Positions 1 through 11,798 of a stretch of 64,000 bases of DNA are shown here, in pieces (the stretch's first letter is position 1; every line of letters begins with the position of its first letter). The stretch is taken from contig NC_047072.1 of assembly GCF_902459465.1 (NCBI RefSeq), positions 16,120,001 to 16,184,000 on the forward strand, given 5' to 3'. The stretch is from Asterias rubens. Taxonomy: Eukaryota. Below the pieces are notes generated by a model. The model was not told the DNA's origin, did not search any database, and saw only the letters and a program-made list of their open reading frames with translations. The position numbers and the translations under genes were made by a program.

Positions 1-494
1 TAAAGTCAGATGGCTTCTGAATGGAACCCTCGATAACATAAAGTCAGATGGCTTCTGAATGGAACCCTCGATAACATAAAGTCAGATGGCTTCTGAATGG
101 AACCCTCGATAACATAAAGTCAGATGGCTTCTGAATGGAACCCTCGATAACATAAAGTCAGATGGCTTCTGAATGGAACCCTCGATAACAAAAAGTCAGA
201 TGGCTTCTGAATGGAACCCTCGATAACATAAAGTCAGATGGCTTCTGAATGGAACCCTCGATAACATAAAGTCAGATGGCTTCTGAATGGAACCCTCGAT
301 AACATAAAGTCAGATGGCTTCTGAATGGAACCCTCGATAACATAAAGTCAGATGGCTTCTGAATGGAACCCTCGATAACATAAAGTCAGATGGCTTCTGA
401 ATGGAACCCTCGATAACATAAAGTCAGATGGCTTCTGAATGGAACCCTCGATAACATAAAGTCAGATGGCTTCTGAATGGAACCCTCGATAACA
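1..494. repeat. 38-bp minisatellite, 13 copies visible (cut by the window edge)
   Basis: Unit taaagtcagatggcttctgaatggaaccctcgataaca, almost invariant; lies in a REPS intron. Confidence 0.97.
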
Positions 495-767
495 TTAAGG
501 CAACTTTTACAAGCAACTGCCGTGCATGCTACAAAACCTTTATGGTAGCACATTAGTCTTTTTCAAACAATGTCTTACGATCCCAAAGAATAGTATGTTA
601 ACATTCAACTCTCTTCTTGGAAATTGCCTGGAACTGTCCATCTGTAAATTGCCTTGTGTGACATAGACCTTATCGCAAATATTGACAAGCGCGCGTCAGG
701 CGTGGAATGAGGTGCATGGTAGATAGACCAGCATGTGCCTCATTCAATGAATAGCCTTACTGCCTAC

Positions 768-3700
768 CTGAATGAGTTCTTTGTCTTCCTTCAGCGTCCG
801 GTGCTATCTTAACCGTCTTGCCATCCGGAGCAACATGAAGAGCAACTGGCTGGAAGATGTTAGCATCCTTTACAATCAATCAGAGAACATGTCAATCAAT
901 TTACATCCCACTAAGCAACTTTAGATCATAGCGGAAATCAAACAGGGAGGTTTTTTATGGCTAGGGAGCGTCTCACACAGTACTTACAGGGTCTGGAGAT
1001 ATGGAGGCAAAGTCAAAATTAGCAGGAGATTGTGAAGATGGCGACTGAGTGGCAGGAAAAGGAGAATCAGCAAATGTGGCCCAATTCTGTAGGATGCAAA
1101 AATAACAAGACATGGTGGTGCATGGATCAAATACAGTGCTTGGATTCAGCTGACCACTAAAGATCTTATGCATTGACGTCATCCAGCCGCCATCTTAGAG
1201 GTAAATCGATGCTGAAACAATCAAAATGCAAAGATTTTTTTGAGCGGCGCCATGTTTGGCCATGACGGCAGCTCTTTTACCTCTTGGTAAGGGCGCCCTA
1301 CTAATATGACATCATGTACATAAGTTCTATTTCATACAGCTGCTTAAGCACAAAAAGTAGCTATGCACAACAAATTTATGCTTACTGAAAAGGTTACCAG
1401 CCAAAATACCATGTCACTCATACAACTTGTGACTGGTCCTGCAAATTTTTGCCAAGCAAACAAAATCTGTGAGCAAAATTGTCTGCTTAAGCAGCTCTAT
1501 GAAATTGGGCATTGGAGGTGAAGGCGTAAATAATGTATTTGGTCAAAATCCAATACAAGGATTACAATACTTTGACATCTAGGCAAACCAATGGTCAATC
1601 CAATACAAGGATTACAATACTTTGACATCTAGGCAAACCAATGGTCAATCCAATACAAGGATTACAATACTTTGACATCTAGGCAAACCAATGGTCAATC
1701 CAATACAAGGATTACAATACTTTGACATCTAGGCAAACCAATGGTCAATCCAATACAAGGATTACAATACTTTGACATCTAGGCAAACCAATGGTCAATC
1801 CAATACAAGGATTACAATACTTTGACATCTAGGCAAACCAATGGTCAATCCAATACAAGGATCACAATACTTTGACATCTAGGCAAACCAATGGTCAATC
1901 CAATACAAGGATCACAATACTTTGACATCTAGGCAAACCAATGGTCAATCCAATACAAGGATCACAATACTTTGACATCTAGGCAAACCAATGGTCAATC
2001 CAATACAAGGATTACAATACTTTGACATCTAGGCAAACCAATGGTCAATCCAATACAAGGATTACAATACTTTGACATCTAGGCAAACCAATGGTCAATC
2101 CAATACAAGGATTACAATACTTTGACATCTAGGCAAACCAATTAGGGTAACAACATTCTTTATACATCTATTCAACATGCAAACAAGAAGAAGAAAGAAT
2201 AACATACCTCATCCTTCTCCTTCTTAGTAGAAGGTGTGGGCGGAGTTACGCTCCTTGCTGGGGTAGTCACTTGTTTCGGAACACCAACTGCAGGAATAAA
2301 GTAGGGGGCTACAAGTCAAGGTAAACACAAATAACAATTAAAGCAACATAAACCCTAGCTCATAACCTAATAATAATATCAAAGTGTTATATAGCGCACG
2401 TGTCTACCTAACAAGGTACTCAAGGCGCCGACAAACTTTCGGTAATTGAAGTTATGAATTATGAGACCAAATTATGTAGCACTTCATAAGGGTTTACAAG
2501 GTGCTACGGCGCATTTAGCAGCCACAATTAGGAACACCGATACGAACACTTCATAAGGGTTTACAAGGTGCTACGGCGCATTTAGCAGCCACAATTAGGA
2601 ACACCGATACGAACCCCTTCTCTTTTTGATAACTGCACTGGGTTCTTTTACATGCGTTTCAAAACACATGGGACCAACGGCATTACATCCCATCCGAAGA
2701 ACGAAGCAATGGTTAAGTGTCTTGCTTAAGGACACATTGTCACGGCTGGGGATTCGAACCCACACTCTGCTGTTCAGAAACACCAACATTTGAATTCGGT
2801 CCTCTTAACCGCTCGGCCACGGCACTTCCACTGCTGCTTTGATTGTTTCAAAATATTGAAATATTTCAAGATCGTGTAATCCTCTAGTTTCTTAGACATT
2901 CGTGATTTTAATAATAATAGTAATAATAATGATAATAATAATAGACATTTGTATGTCTTTTATTTGCATCTGTTTGTTTAGCCTTCGAGAAAGGGTCTAC
3001 TAAGGTCAAAATGTCTTGCAACGAACTACTTTTTGCATTTATACCATAGGTCATTTTGGTTGGTAAGCACCATGCAACACCTCATTCTATTTTCTCATCG
3101 AGACAATTGTATACTACATTGCAAATAAGTGCTTTAACAATGCTTAAATCAATCTATCAATTAATTAAAGATGCAAATGAGATGCAAATGAGGTCCAACC
3201 TTCCTCTTGATTGGGACTAATGACAGGAATGAGACTGGCTGGCAGCTGATCAGGTAAATCCACTTTGTGTTTCCTAGCAACGACAAGATGCATCGCTGTA
3301 CAGAACTCCGCTAAGGATAATGTTCCATCTTTGTTTACATCAGAAAGTTGCCTTCAAAATAAAAACATCAATATGAACTGTATCATGTCTGTAGCATAAC
3401 AATAACAAATGACAATTTATAAGGCGCTATTCCATCAAGATCATAGCACGCTTGAAAGCAATTAAAAATGGGGTAAGGTGAGTCTTTAGAACTTTATAAA
3501 ATGCAGATAGAGTAACAGCTTCCCTAATGGCAGTAGGAAGATTGTTCCAATCAATGGCCCAGCTACTAACAGCTTCCCTAATGGCAGTAGGAAGATTGTT
3601 CCAATCAATGGCCCAGCTACTAACAGCTTCCCTAATGTCAGTAGGAAGATTGTTCCAATCAATGGCCCAGCTACTAACAGCTTCCCTAATGTCAGTAGGA

Positions 3701-6700
3701 AGTTTGTTCCAATCAATGGCCCAGCTACTAACAGCTTCCCTAATGTCAGTAGGAAGATTGTTCCAATCAATGGCCCAGCTACTAACAGCTTCCCTAATGG
3801 CAGTAGGAAGATTGTTCCAATCAATGGCCCAGCTACTAACAGCTTCCCTAATGTCAGTAGGAAGATTGTTCCAATCAATGGCCCAGCTACTAACAGCTTC
3901 CCTAATGGCAGTAGGAAGATTGTTCCAATCAATGGCCCAGCTACTAACAGCTTCCCTAATGTCAGTAGGAAGATTGTTCCAATCAATGGCCCAGCTACTA
4001 ACAGCTTCCCTAATGTCAGTAGGAAGATTGTTCCAATCAATGGCCCAGCTACTAACAGCTTCCCTAATGTCAGTAGGAAGATTGTTCCAATCAATGGCCC
4101 AGCTACTAACAGCTTCCCTAATGGCAGTAGGAAGATTGTTCCAATCAATGGCCCAGCTACTAACAGCTTCCCTAATGTCAGTAGGAAGATTGTTCCAATC
4201 AATGGCCCAGCTACTAACAGCTTCCCTAATGGCAGTAGGAAGATTGTTCCAATCAATGGCCCAGCTACTAACAGCTTCCCTAATGGCAGTAGGAAGATTG
4301 TTCCAATCAATGGCCCAGCTAGTAACAGCTTCCCTAATGGCAGTAGGAAGATTGTTCAAATCATTGGCCCAGCTACTAACAGCTTCCCTAATGGCAGTAG
4401 GAAGATTGTTCCAATCAATGGCCAAGCTACTAACAGCTTCCCTAATGGCAGTAGGAAGATTGTTCAAATCATTGGCCCAGCTACTAACAGCTTCCCTAAT
4501 GGCAGTAGGAAGATTGTTCCAATCAATGGCCCAGCTACTAACAGCTTTCCTAATGGCAGTAGGAAGATTGTTCAAATCAATGGCCCAGCTACTAACAGCT
4601 TCCCTAATGGCAGTAGGAAGATTGTTCAAATCAATGGCCCAGCTACTAACAGCTTCCCTAATGGCAGTAGGAAGATTGTTCAAATCATTGGCCCAGCTAC
4701 TAACAGCTTCCCTAATGGCAGTAGGAAGATTGTTCCAATCAATGGCCCAGCTACTAACAGCTTCCCTAATGGCAGTAGGAAGATTGTTCCAATCAATGGC
4801 CCAGCTACTAACAGCTTCCCTAATGGCAGTAGGAAGATTGTTCCAATCAATGGCCCAGCTACTAACAGCTTCCCTAATGGCAGTAGGAAGATTGTTCCAA
4901 TCAATGGCCCAGCTACTAACAGCTTCCCTAATGGCAGTAGGAAGATTGTTCCAATCAATGGCCCAGCTACTAACAGCTTCCCTAATGGCAGTAGGAAGAT
5001 TGTTCCAATCAATGGCCCAGCTACTAACAGCTTCCCTAATGGCAGTAGGAAGATTGTTCCAATCAATGGCCCAGCTACTAACAGCTTCCCTAATGGCAGT
5101 AGGAAGATTGTTCCAATCAATGGCCCAGCTACTAACAGCTTCCCTAATGGCAGTAGGAAGATTGTTCCAATCAATGGCCCAGCTACTAACAGCTTCCCTA
5201 ATGGCAGTAGGAAGATTGTTCCAATCAATGGCCCAGCTACTAACAGCTTCCCTAATGGCAGTAGGAAGATTGTTCCAATCAATGGCCCAGCTACTAACAG
5301 CTTCCCCAATGGCAGTAGGAAGATTGTTCCAATCAATGGCCCAGCTACTAACAGCTTCCCTAATGTCAGTATGAAGATTGTTCAAATCATTGGCCCAGCT
5401 ACTAACAGCTTCCCTAATGGCAGTAGGAAGATTGTTCCAATCAATGGCCCAGCTACTAACAGCTTCCCTAATGTCAGTAGGAAGATTGTTCCAATCAATG
5501 GCCCAGCTACTAACAGCTTCCCTAATGGCAGTAGGAAGATTGTTCCAATCATTGGCCCAGCTACTAACAGCTTCCCTAATGGCAGTAGGAAGATTGTTCC
5601 AATCAATGGCCCAGCTACTAACAGCTTCCCTAATGGCAGTAGGAAGATTGTTCCAATCAATGGCCCAGCTACTAACAGCTTCCCTAATGGCAGTAGGAAG
5701 ATTGTTCCAATCAATGGCCCAGCTACTAACAGCTTCCCTAATGTCAGTAGGAAGATTGTTCAAATCATTGGCCCAGCTACTAACAGCTTCCCTAATGGCA
5801 GTAGGAAGATTGTTCCAATCAATGGCCCAGCTACATTGTACAATGAAAGCTATTTGACTTACATTTAGAACTTTGTTTGCTCTTGGTTACATTCAAGCGT
5901 GTGATTTCGATCGAAGAACACGTGGAGGATTGTAATGTGACAGTAAAGTGAAAATATAGAGTGCTAATTTTGTCTCTGATTAGTTGCAATGAAAGGAACA
6001 AAGATTCATCAAGTCAACATTTGTACCAGTATATTCTGAATATCTTCAGAAGAAAGCCACTTTGTATCTTACCATATTTTGGATAATTCAGCTGTTGGGA
6101 GTTTAGACTTTTCAAAGAATTCTTTAGAATCAGCACCTGTAAGTAAAACAAGTCCAACTTCCATTATCAGTAATAATCAATAATAATAATAGCTTCACAG
6201 ACTGGGAATAATGGCCATACAAACTTACTTAGTGAGAAGTACTGCAGCTATTTTAAGAAATGATTCCTTTAAAGTTATGATGGTTTGGATAATTCTCTTA
6301 CACGTAGTTAGAGTAGCGATTGTCCAAGTGTAGATGCATACAAACTGTCAAAGAACAACAACTCTTTTTGAGTAGTGGTCGAGTCCTAATGGGAGACTTT
6401 CTGGGACGATAGAGGGCAGCAGACTTACCGGGTAAATCCATTGTTCTCAGAATTATGCGCATGTTCAGAACTACGTAAACAATGGAAATTTACCCGGTAT
6501 GTCTGCTGCCGCCTAGCGTTGGAAAGTCTCCTATTGGTCCCTCTCCGAGCTGTGACTACTCAAAAGAGATCTATTGACCCTAATACTATAACGGGGCTCG
6601 AAATTAACACTGGACCGCAAGCTTGGGACCAGTGATTAAAGCATCAAGCCAGGAAACTAATAATAGGACAAGCCCATACTTCATTATGAAATATCTTTGT

Positions 6701-9700
6701 GATAAAAATGTTGACTGTGAATGTGATAACTATCTTTCAATTCTCTTTCAAGATTATCAAAGTACACTAAAACACATAAACACAAATAAAATAGATCTTC
6801 TTTGAGTGCCTGTTCAACTAATTTTGATTTTGGTCTTGTAAAAAAAAATTCTGATCCAGTAAAAATGTTGAGCTGCAAGCCCCGCAGTCTTTTGCATTTT
6901 CCACCAAAATTCAAGCCCTTCTAATCTCCACCACTCACCTGATAATAAACCCTTCGTGTTCGGTATTAACGTCTTGAACTGATTGGTGTAATACTCTCGT
7001 TGTTCTGGAGTTATCAACCAAACATCCTCACTGCTATCGTGACCTGAACTTTTATCTGAACCAGATCGATCTCGATTCTCTGGAAACTTTGCCCAGGATG
7101 TGTCACTTGATAAATTATTCACTGAGTTCGTTGTTTTTGAGTCACCTAAAAAGACAGCAAATTAAAAACATTAAAAATTGAAAAATGTCAGTATTTTTCC
7201 TAAAAAGTGTGGATTTTATTGTTGTCTTTACTGTGGAAAGCAATGAATCTACTCTTTTAAATACCAGTAGTCTTTTCCAACCTTAGACTTGCTTAAAGAA
7301 ATAAGGTTCAATTGCAACATAAACCTCACAGTATGCACTTTTTATTTTCATAAACCAAGTGTAAAACATATAATCTGAATAAACATATCATCTTGACATT
7401 CAAGTGTTGTTCAGTTGTTCTTTCATTCTCAACTCCTTGATTCCTCTTGATCATCTTGACATTCAAGTGTTGTTCAGTTGTTATTTCATTCTCAACTCCT
7501 TGATTCCTCTTGATCATCTTGACATTCAAGTGTTGTTCAGTTGTTATTTCATTCTCAACTCCTTGATTCCTCTTGATCATCTTGACATTCAAGTGTTGTT
7601 CAGTTGTTCTTTCATTCTCAACTCCTTGATTCATCTTGACTTTTAAGAAAGCACAGGCTGCATAATACCACTTCAGTGAAATATCACATTATTTTGCAGT
7701 GTCAACATTGAACTGTTTCCATCTTCAAAGTCATTTGTATGATAAGACTTATGATGTATTAGAAAAAAAAACTCTGCTAAGGTCGAAATGACAGGCCATT
7801 AACTTTTGGGGGGCATTCATGACATAGGTCTTTTTGGTGGGTAAGCAGTTTGCAACAGCTAATTCTATTTTCTCATGAAGTAATAAAAACGCATTGGCAT
7901 AGCATCAAATGAATATCAAAGACATTTAAAGCACTTCAAAAAACTACAATTATAAGCAAGGCAAAAAACCACATTATTTATAAAATCACATTAGAAATTG
8001 AAATGATTTGCAGAGTGAAAGATTTCTTAAATGAGGAGATTGTACCTTGCCGATCTCTCTCATCAAACGATGCCCATCCTTCATCAGACTTTGGCAAGAA
8101 TCCAGGAGTATTTCCCTGTTTATCTAGGATGGGTTGATGTTCACGAGCGTTGTTCGGTGATGATAAACTTGGCTGTTGCTCAATTGTATTAGGTGGGGAC
8201 AATGGAGGGTTGTCATTAAAAGGGGAGGAGTCTCGAGGTGAAGACGGTGGCGGGGAACTAGCAATATTCTGATGGCAAACAAATATCAAATCAAAATTGA
8301 AGTAAGATTTGTCAAGTTCACAAGAATGCTTGTCATCCATCCTCGCCAGGTCAAACAAATAGCATCCAGGATGGGGGTAAAAGGATCCAGAATGGGAGTA
8401 AAAGGATTTAGGATAATGAAGTATAATTCCTCTATACACAGTCTTGGCTGGTATTTTTTATATATCCTTTTTTTTATGTAAGTTGGCCCCAAACAAGGCT
8501 AAAAGCCACTCTTGGTATGGGGCTACAATAAGAACAATTATTGAATGTGAAAAGTACATAATGTAAGATTTGTAAATTAATCCTTGAGTTGAAATGATCA
8601 GCGTGTAAAACTTACAAGAGGTGGTACATGAGCTGTACGAGTTGGAGACATCGTTGGATCACCATGGGGGTAAGATCCGTGAGATCTCGGACTTGGTTGA
8701 AATTTGCCAGACAGAACAGCACTGCGATCAGGACCAAGATCTATGAAAGCTGGATTGACGAACTCCATTTGACCAGGATCATCTGGGTACAAATAGTGAT
8801 AAATAATTTCACTCCATTTGACCAGGATCATCTGGGTACAAATAGTGATAAATAATTTCACTCCATTTGACCAGGATCATCTGGGTACAAATAGTGATAA
8901 ATAATTTCACTCCATTTGACCAGGATCATCTGGGTACAAAAAGTGATAAATAATTTCACTCCATTTGACCAGGATCATCTGGGTACAAAAAGTGATAAAT
9001 AATTTCACTCCATTTGACCAGGATCATCTGGGTACAAATAGTGATCAATAATTTCACTCCATTTGACCAGGATCATCTAGGTACAAATAGTGATAAATAA
9101 TTTCACTCCATTTGACCAGGATCATCTGGGTACAAATAGTGATAAATAATTTCACTCCATTTGACCAGGATCATCTGGGTACAAATAGTGATAAATAATT
9201 TCCTTTTTCCAAACACAAACATTTCTTCTATTAACTTAAATGAAAAACTTTGATTGTAAAATGGTTTACTTTCAAACTGAATTTAGACTGGTCTATATTA
9301 CCTGGATCTGCTTGAGTTTTAACACCAGCATTTGGGCGAGCCACAAATGTTGGCAGTGGAACTTCATTCCCTGCAAATAAATGATGGTCAAAAAGTGAGT
9401 TATGTATCTTCTCACTTGGCTATGAATGTAAGTATGAATGTACATTAATAATACACAAAGCGCTAGACTAAACCAAGTTCACATGTTGAGTCCAAAATTG
9501 AATAGATGTGGGTGTCATCCGAGAGAAGGACACAGCCTTCTGTAGTGGAGCACCCAAGACTGCTGTCAAATTAAAGTAGAAAGCAGTTCAGAGTTAACAA
9601 TTCATTTCAGTTGCAAACAAATCACAATATGTCTCCGATACAATTCTTTCAGTGACATACAAAGACACATTTAAGCCAAGAATAAACATATATAAAAACA

Positions 9701-10737
9701 TGTCATGTTCTTTGTACATGCAAGTCAGTTCCCTTTCTTTTAGTGCTTGGTGATATTAAAATAAAAATGCAAAATGACCATGTACCTTGAACCATCATTT
9801 CCTTGGACACTGGTAAGGGTATAGCGTTTTGAGCCATAGCTATCAGTTTCAAAGCGATGTAGAACTGACTTCGACCAAAGTGACCAACTCGATTGGCTCC
9901 ACATATTTCAACAATCTGCAAACAGAAATGAAAAAAAAAGGAATGAAATGTTATTTATTTAGTCATATGATATGGCCTTCATGGCCTTTTTCTTTGAATG
10001 CACGCTTTTACGCGTACACTATTTCTTGACAAGGTAACGTAAATTAAACAATGTGACACATGACAAATCAGATCAAACCAGTATGCTAATTATGTGCGGA
10101 CGCTACTTAGTACTGTAGTGGACATTGTTTAGCATGACACTTGTTAGTTCTCGTAACATAACACAATTTCCTGTATTATTATCCAATAAAAAAAAACTTA
10201 AAAAGGCTAAATAAAATGTTGTAATGTTCTCTGCAAGTGCAAAATGTTTTTCAATTAATTAAATGTTTCACTTCCAGCCAGTTCAAGTTTCTGTGTTCCA
10301 AAAATGTTTGTACGGACTTTTGAAAAAAGTAATATTTGGCAGAGAGTGGAAACCAACAAATTGTCAAAAATTGATGTGTTGATGAAAAGAGTTTGCACTT
10401 CAAACAAAGTAAAACTTAGATTTATTAGAAATCGTAAGTCAAGTGAAAACCCTTTCTCCCGCTCTGCTCTGGCTGGATGAATCAATGTCAGATGAGATAG
10501 TCACAACGAACTACACAGACTTGAAACAATACAAACTACCAAATAGTACAAATAATACTCCGGTTGCTTGACACTATAATAATTTACCTGTTGCAAAACC
10601 TCTGGATTCAAACCAGACCTCAGGAAAAACTCAAATACTTCGACCGTCTTGATTCGACCTGCGCTCTCCGTATCCAGTGTGCTGAACAACGCCGAGTAAC
10701 ACTGCTGTTCTTTCGGGCTCAAAAATGATCCATCCAT
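768..10737 (-). CDS. REPS1: RalBP1-associated Eps-homology domain protein (REPS1/2 orthologue), 5' part; the gene continues beyond the left window edge
   Basis: Eleven GT-AG exons join in frame: 10737-10588, 9915-9786, 9370-9302, 8782-8616, 8268-8046, 7145-6939, 6136-6073, 3351-3200, 2308-2208, 1086-988, 867-768. The N-terminal EH-like domain ([26 protein letters not shown]) and second EH domain ([15 protein letters not shown]...[46 protein letters not shown]) match vertebrate REPS1/2 as I recall them. Confidence 0.93.
1545..2141. repeat. 50-bp minisatellite, ~12 copies
   Basis: Unit caatccaatacaaggattacaatactttgacatctaggcaaaccaatggt; lies in a REPS intron. Confidence 0.96.
2365..2825 (-). 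mobile_element. tRNA-derived SINE with an internal ~67-bp duplication and a LINE-like (TAA)n tail
   Basis: On the minus strand: A-box TGGCCGAGCGG, B-box GGTTCGAATCC, tail ...tgcgctatataacac plus (tta)n. Related copies at ~12870-13082 (-), ~37690-37855 (-), ~47370-47470 (-) and ~59580-59830 (+). Confidence 0.8.
3513..5833. repeat. 54-bp minisatellite, ~43 copies, embedded in an L2-type LINE 3' relic
   Basis: Unit acagcttccctaatggcagtaggaagattgttccaatcaatggcccagctacta. It generates the spurious 778-aa and 615-aa ORFs. The flanks translate on the minus strand to YNPPRVLRS...AF...[25 protein letters not shown]. Confidence 0.95.
7388..7640. repeat. 63-bp minisatellite, 4 copies
   Basis: Unit catcttgacattcaagtgttgttcagttgttctttcattctcaactccttgattcctcttgat, in REPS intron 5. 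Confidence 0.93.
8762..9202. repeat. 49-bp minisatellite, 9 copies, each containing the REPS exon-4 splice acceptor
   Basis: Minus-strand unit gaaattatttatcactatttgtacccag|ATGATCCTGGTCAAATGGAGT; copies start at 8762 + 49n. Confidence 0.96.
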
Positions 10738-10887
10738 GGCCAAAATAATTTAATGTCATAGCTCATATGCCTTATTTACCTTTACAGCTATCGCTGTACA
10801 ATGAGGTAACTAAGGACGAAGGAGTAGGAAGAAAATGGGGCTGAAATTGTCTTACTTTACATTCACAAAGTTCCATTACTCTCACGA

Positions 10888-10913
10888 GCTGCCATCTTGG
10901 GATGATGACGTCA
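10888..10913 (-). promoter_or_regulatory. Putative REPS core promoter elements (YY1-like CAAGATGGC and CRE palindrome TGACGTCA)
   Basis: gccatcttgg at 10891-10900 and TGACGTCA at 10906-10913, about 150-175 bp upstream of the ATG. Motif match only. Confidence 0.45.
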
Positions 10914-11798
10914 CGTTCACCAACGCCCTCTATAGACTAAGCGCAACCAACTCATCTCATAAAACTTGTTTTGTAGATTTTTGAGAAGGTGGACAAATTA
11001 ATTATTAGTTGGTTATAAGAGGATCATTTTGTTATCTTTGATTTGTGAGGCATGGGAAGTTGGAGACATGGGAAGTGATAATCTGTGTAATCTTATAGAT
11101 ATACATTTTTAAAAAGTTACTGATGAAAAGCACGTGATAGGCGGCTAGGCTAGGGTTGGGTTTTACAGATGAGACACAAACATACAATGTGTCTCATCTG
11201 GATTTATAAAATAGAGGTGTGGCAGGAGATTTTGCCCCCACCCCCACCCCCCACGGAGATTCTGTCCCCCACTATGGCGCCCTGTATTGAAACATCCTCC
11301 TTCAGCCCACATTAGTTTCCCATATGACAGATGATCTCCGGGAACAGATTTCTCTGCTCTCCGGGAGCAGGGTAGCATTACCAGAAACTTTTTAAGACAA
11401 TCATAATCAAGATCCTTTGAATAAATATCTTAATCGACTTAATTATTCATAAACCTTTGAAGTTGTCCTGGCACACGATCGAATCCAACAAGAATTGTTT
11501 TATTATTTTTTGTATAATATAGGCATATCACCGAAAACCCAAATCCGTATGATTATTTCTTTACCCATGTCTGTGGTCAACATAATCAGTTCGGATGAAG
11601 CTTTTACAATAGGTTTTGTTTAGACAATAAATGCATCTGCCTGGCGATTACAATCTCTAATGCAGTTGTAATCATAGCTGGGGATTACTGTCTCGACTTT
11701 GTACTGTCCGTATTTGATAGCAAATGAAATAATACACAATTCTCAACACAGGGATTTTAGGTACTGGTTAACAAGCGGTTGGAACTTCAGCTGTTAAG

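Noticed and set aside
1545-2141. Splice-like signals (tttgcctag, aaa|gtattg) in the 50-bp repeat, and ttccattcag in the 38-bp repeat
   Set aside because: The implied micro-exon is 8 nt or meets an immediate stop, and neither repeat overlaps a reconstructed exon, so they were not counted as junction duplications.
3427-5868. 778-aa, 615-aa and other long repetitive ORFs
   Set aside because: They are products of the 54-bp minisatellite: open on both strands, inside a REPS intron, with no unique sequence other than a LINE relic.
6814-6870. Intronic peptide [13 protein letters not shown] resembling the EH-domain motif KEFFEKSKL
   Set aside because: No usable splice sites or continued similarity; the true exon is 6136-6073. 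Probably chance.
1-9202. CRISPR-like appearance of the regular repeats (38, 49, 50 bp)
   Set aside because: The units are contiguous with no unique spacers, there are no cas genes, and the context is eukaryotic and intronic.
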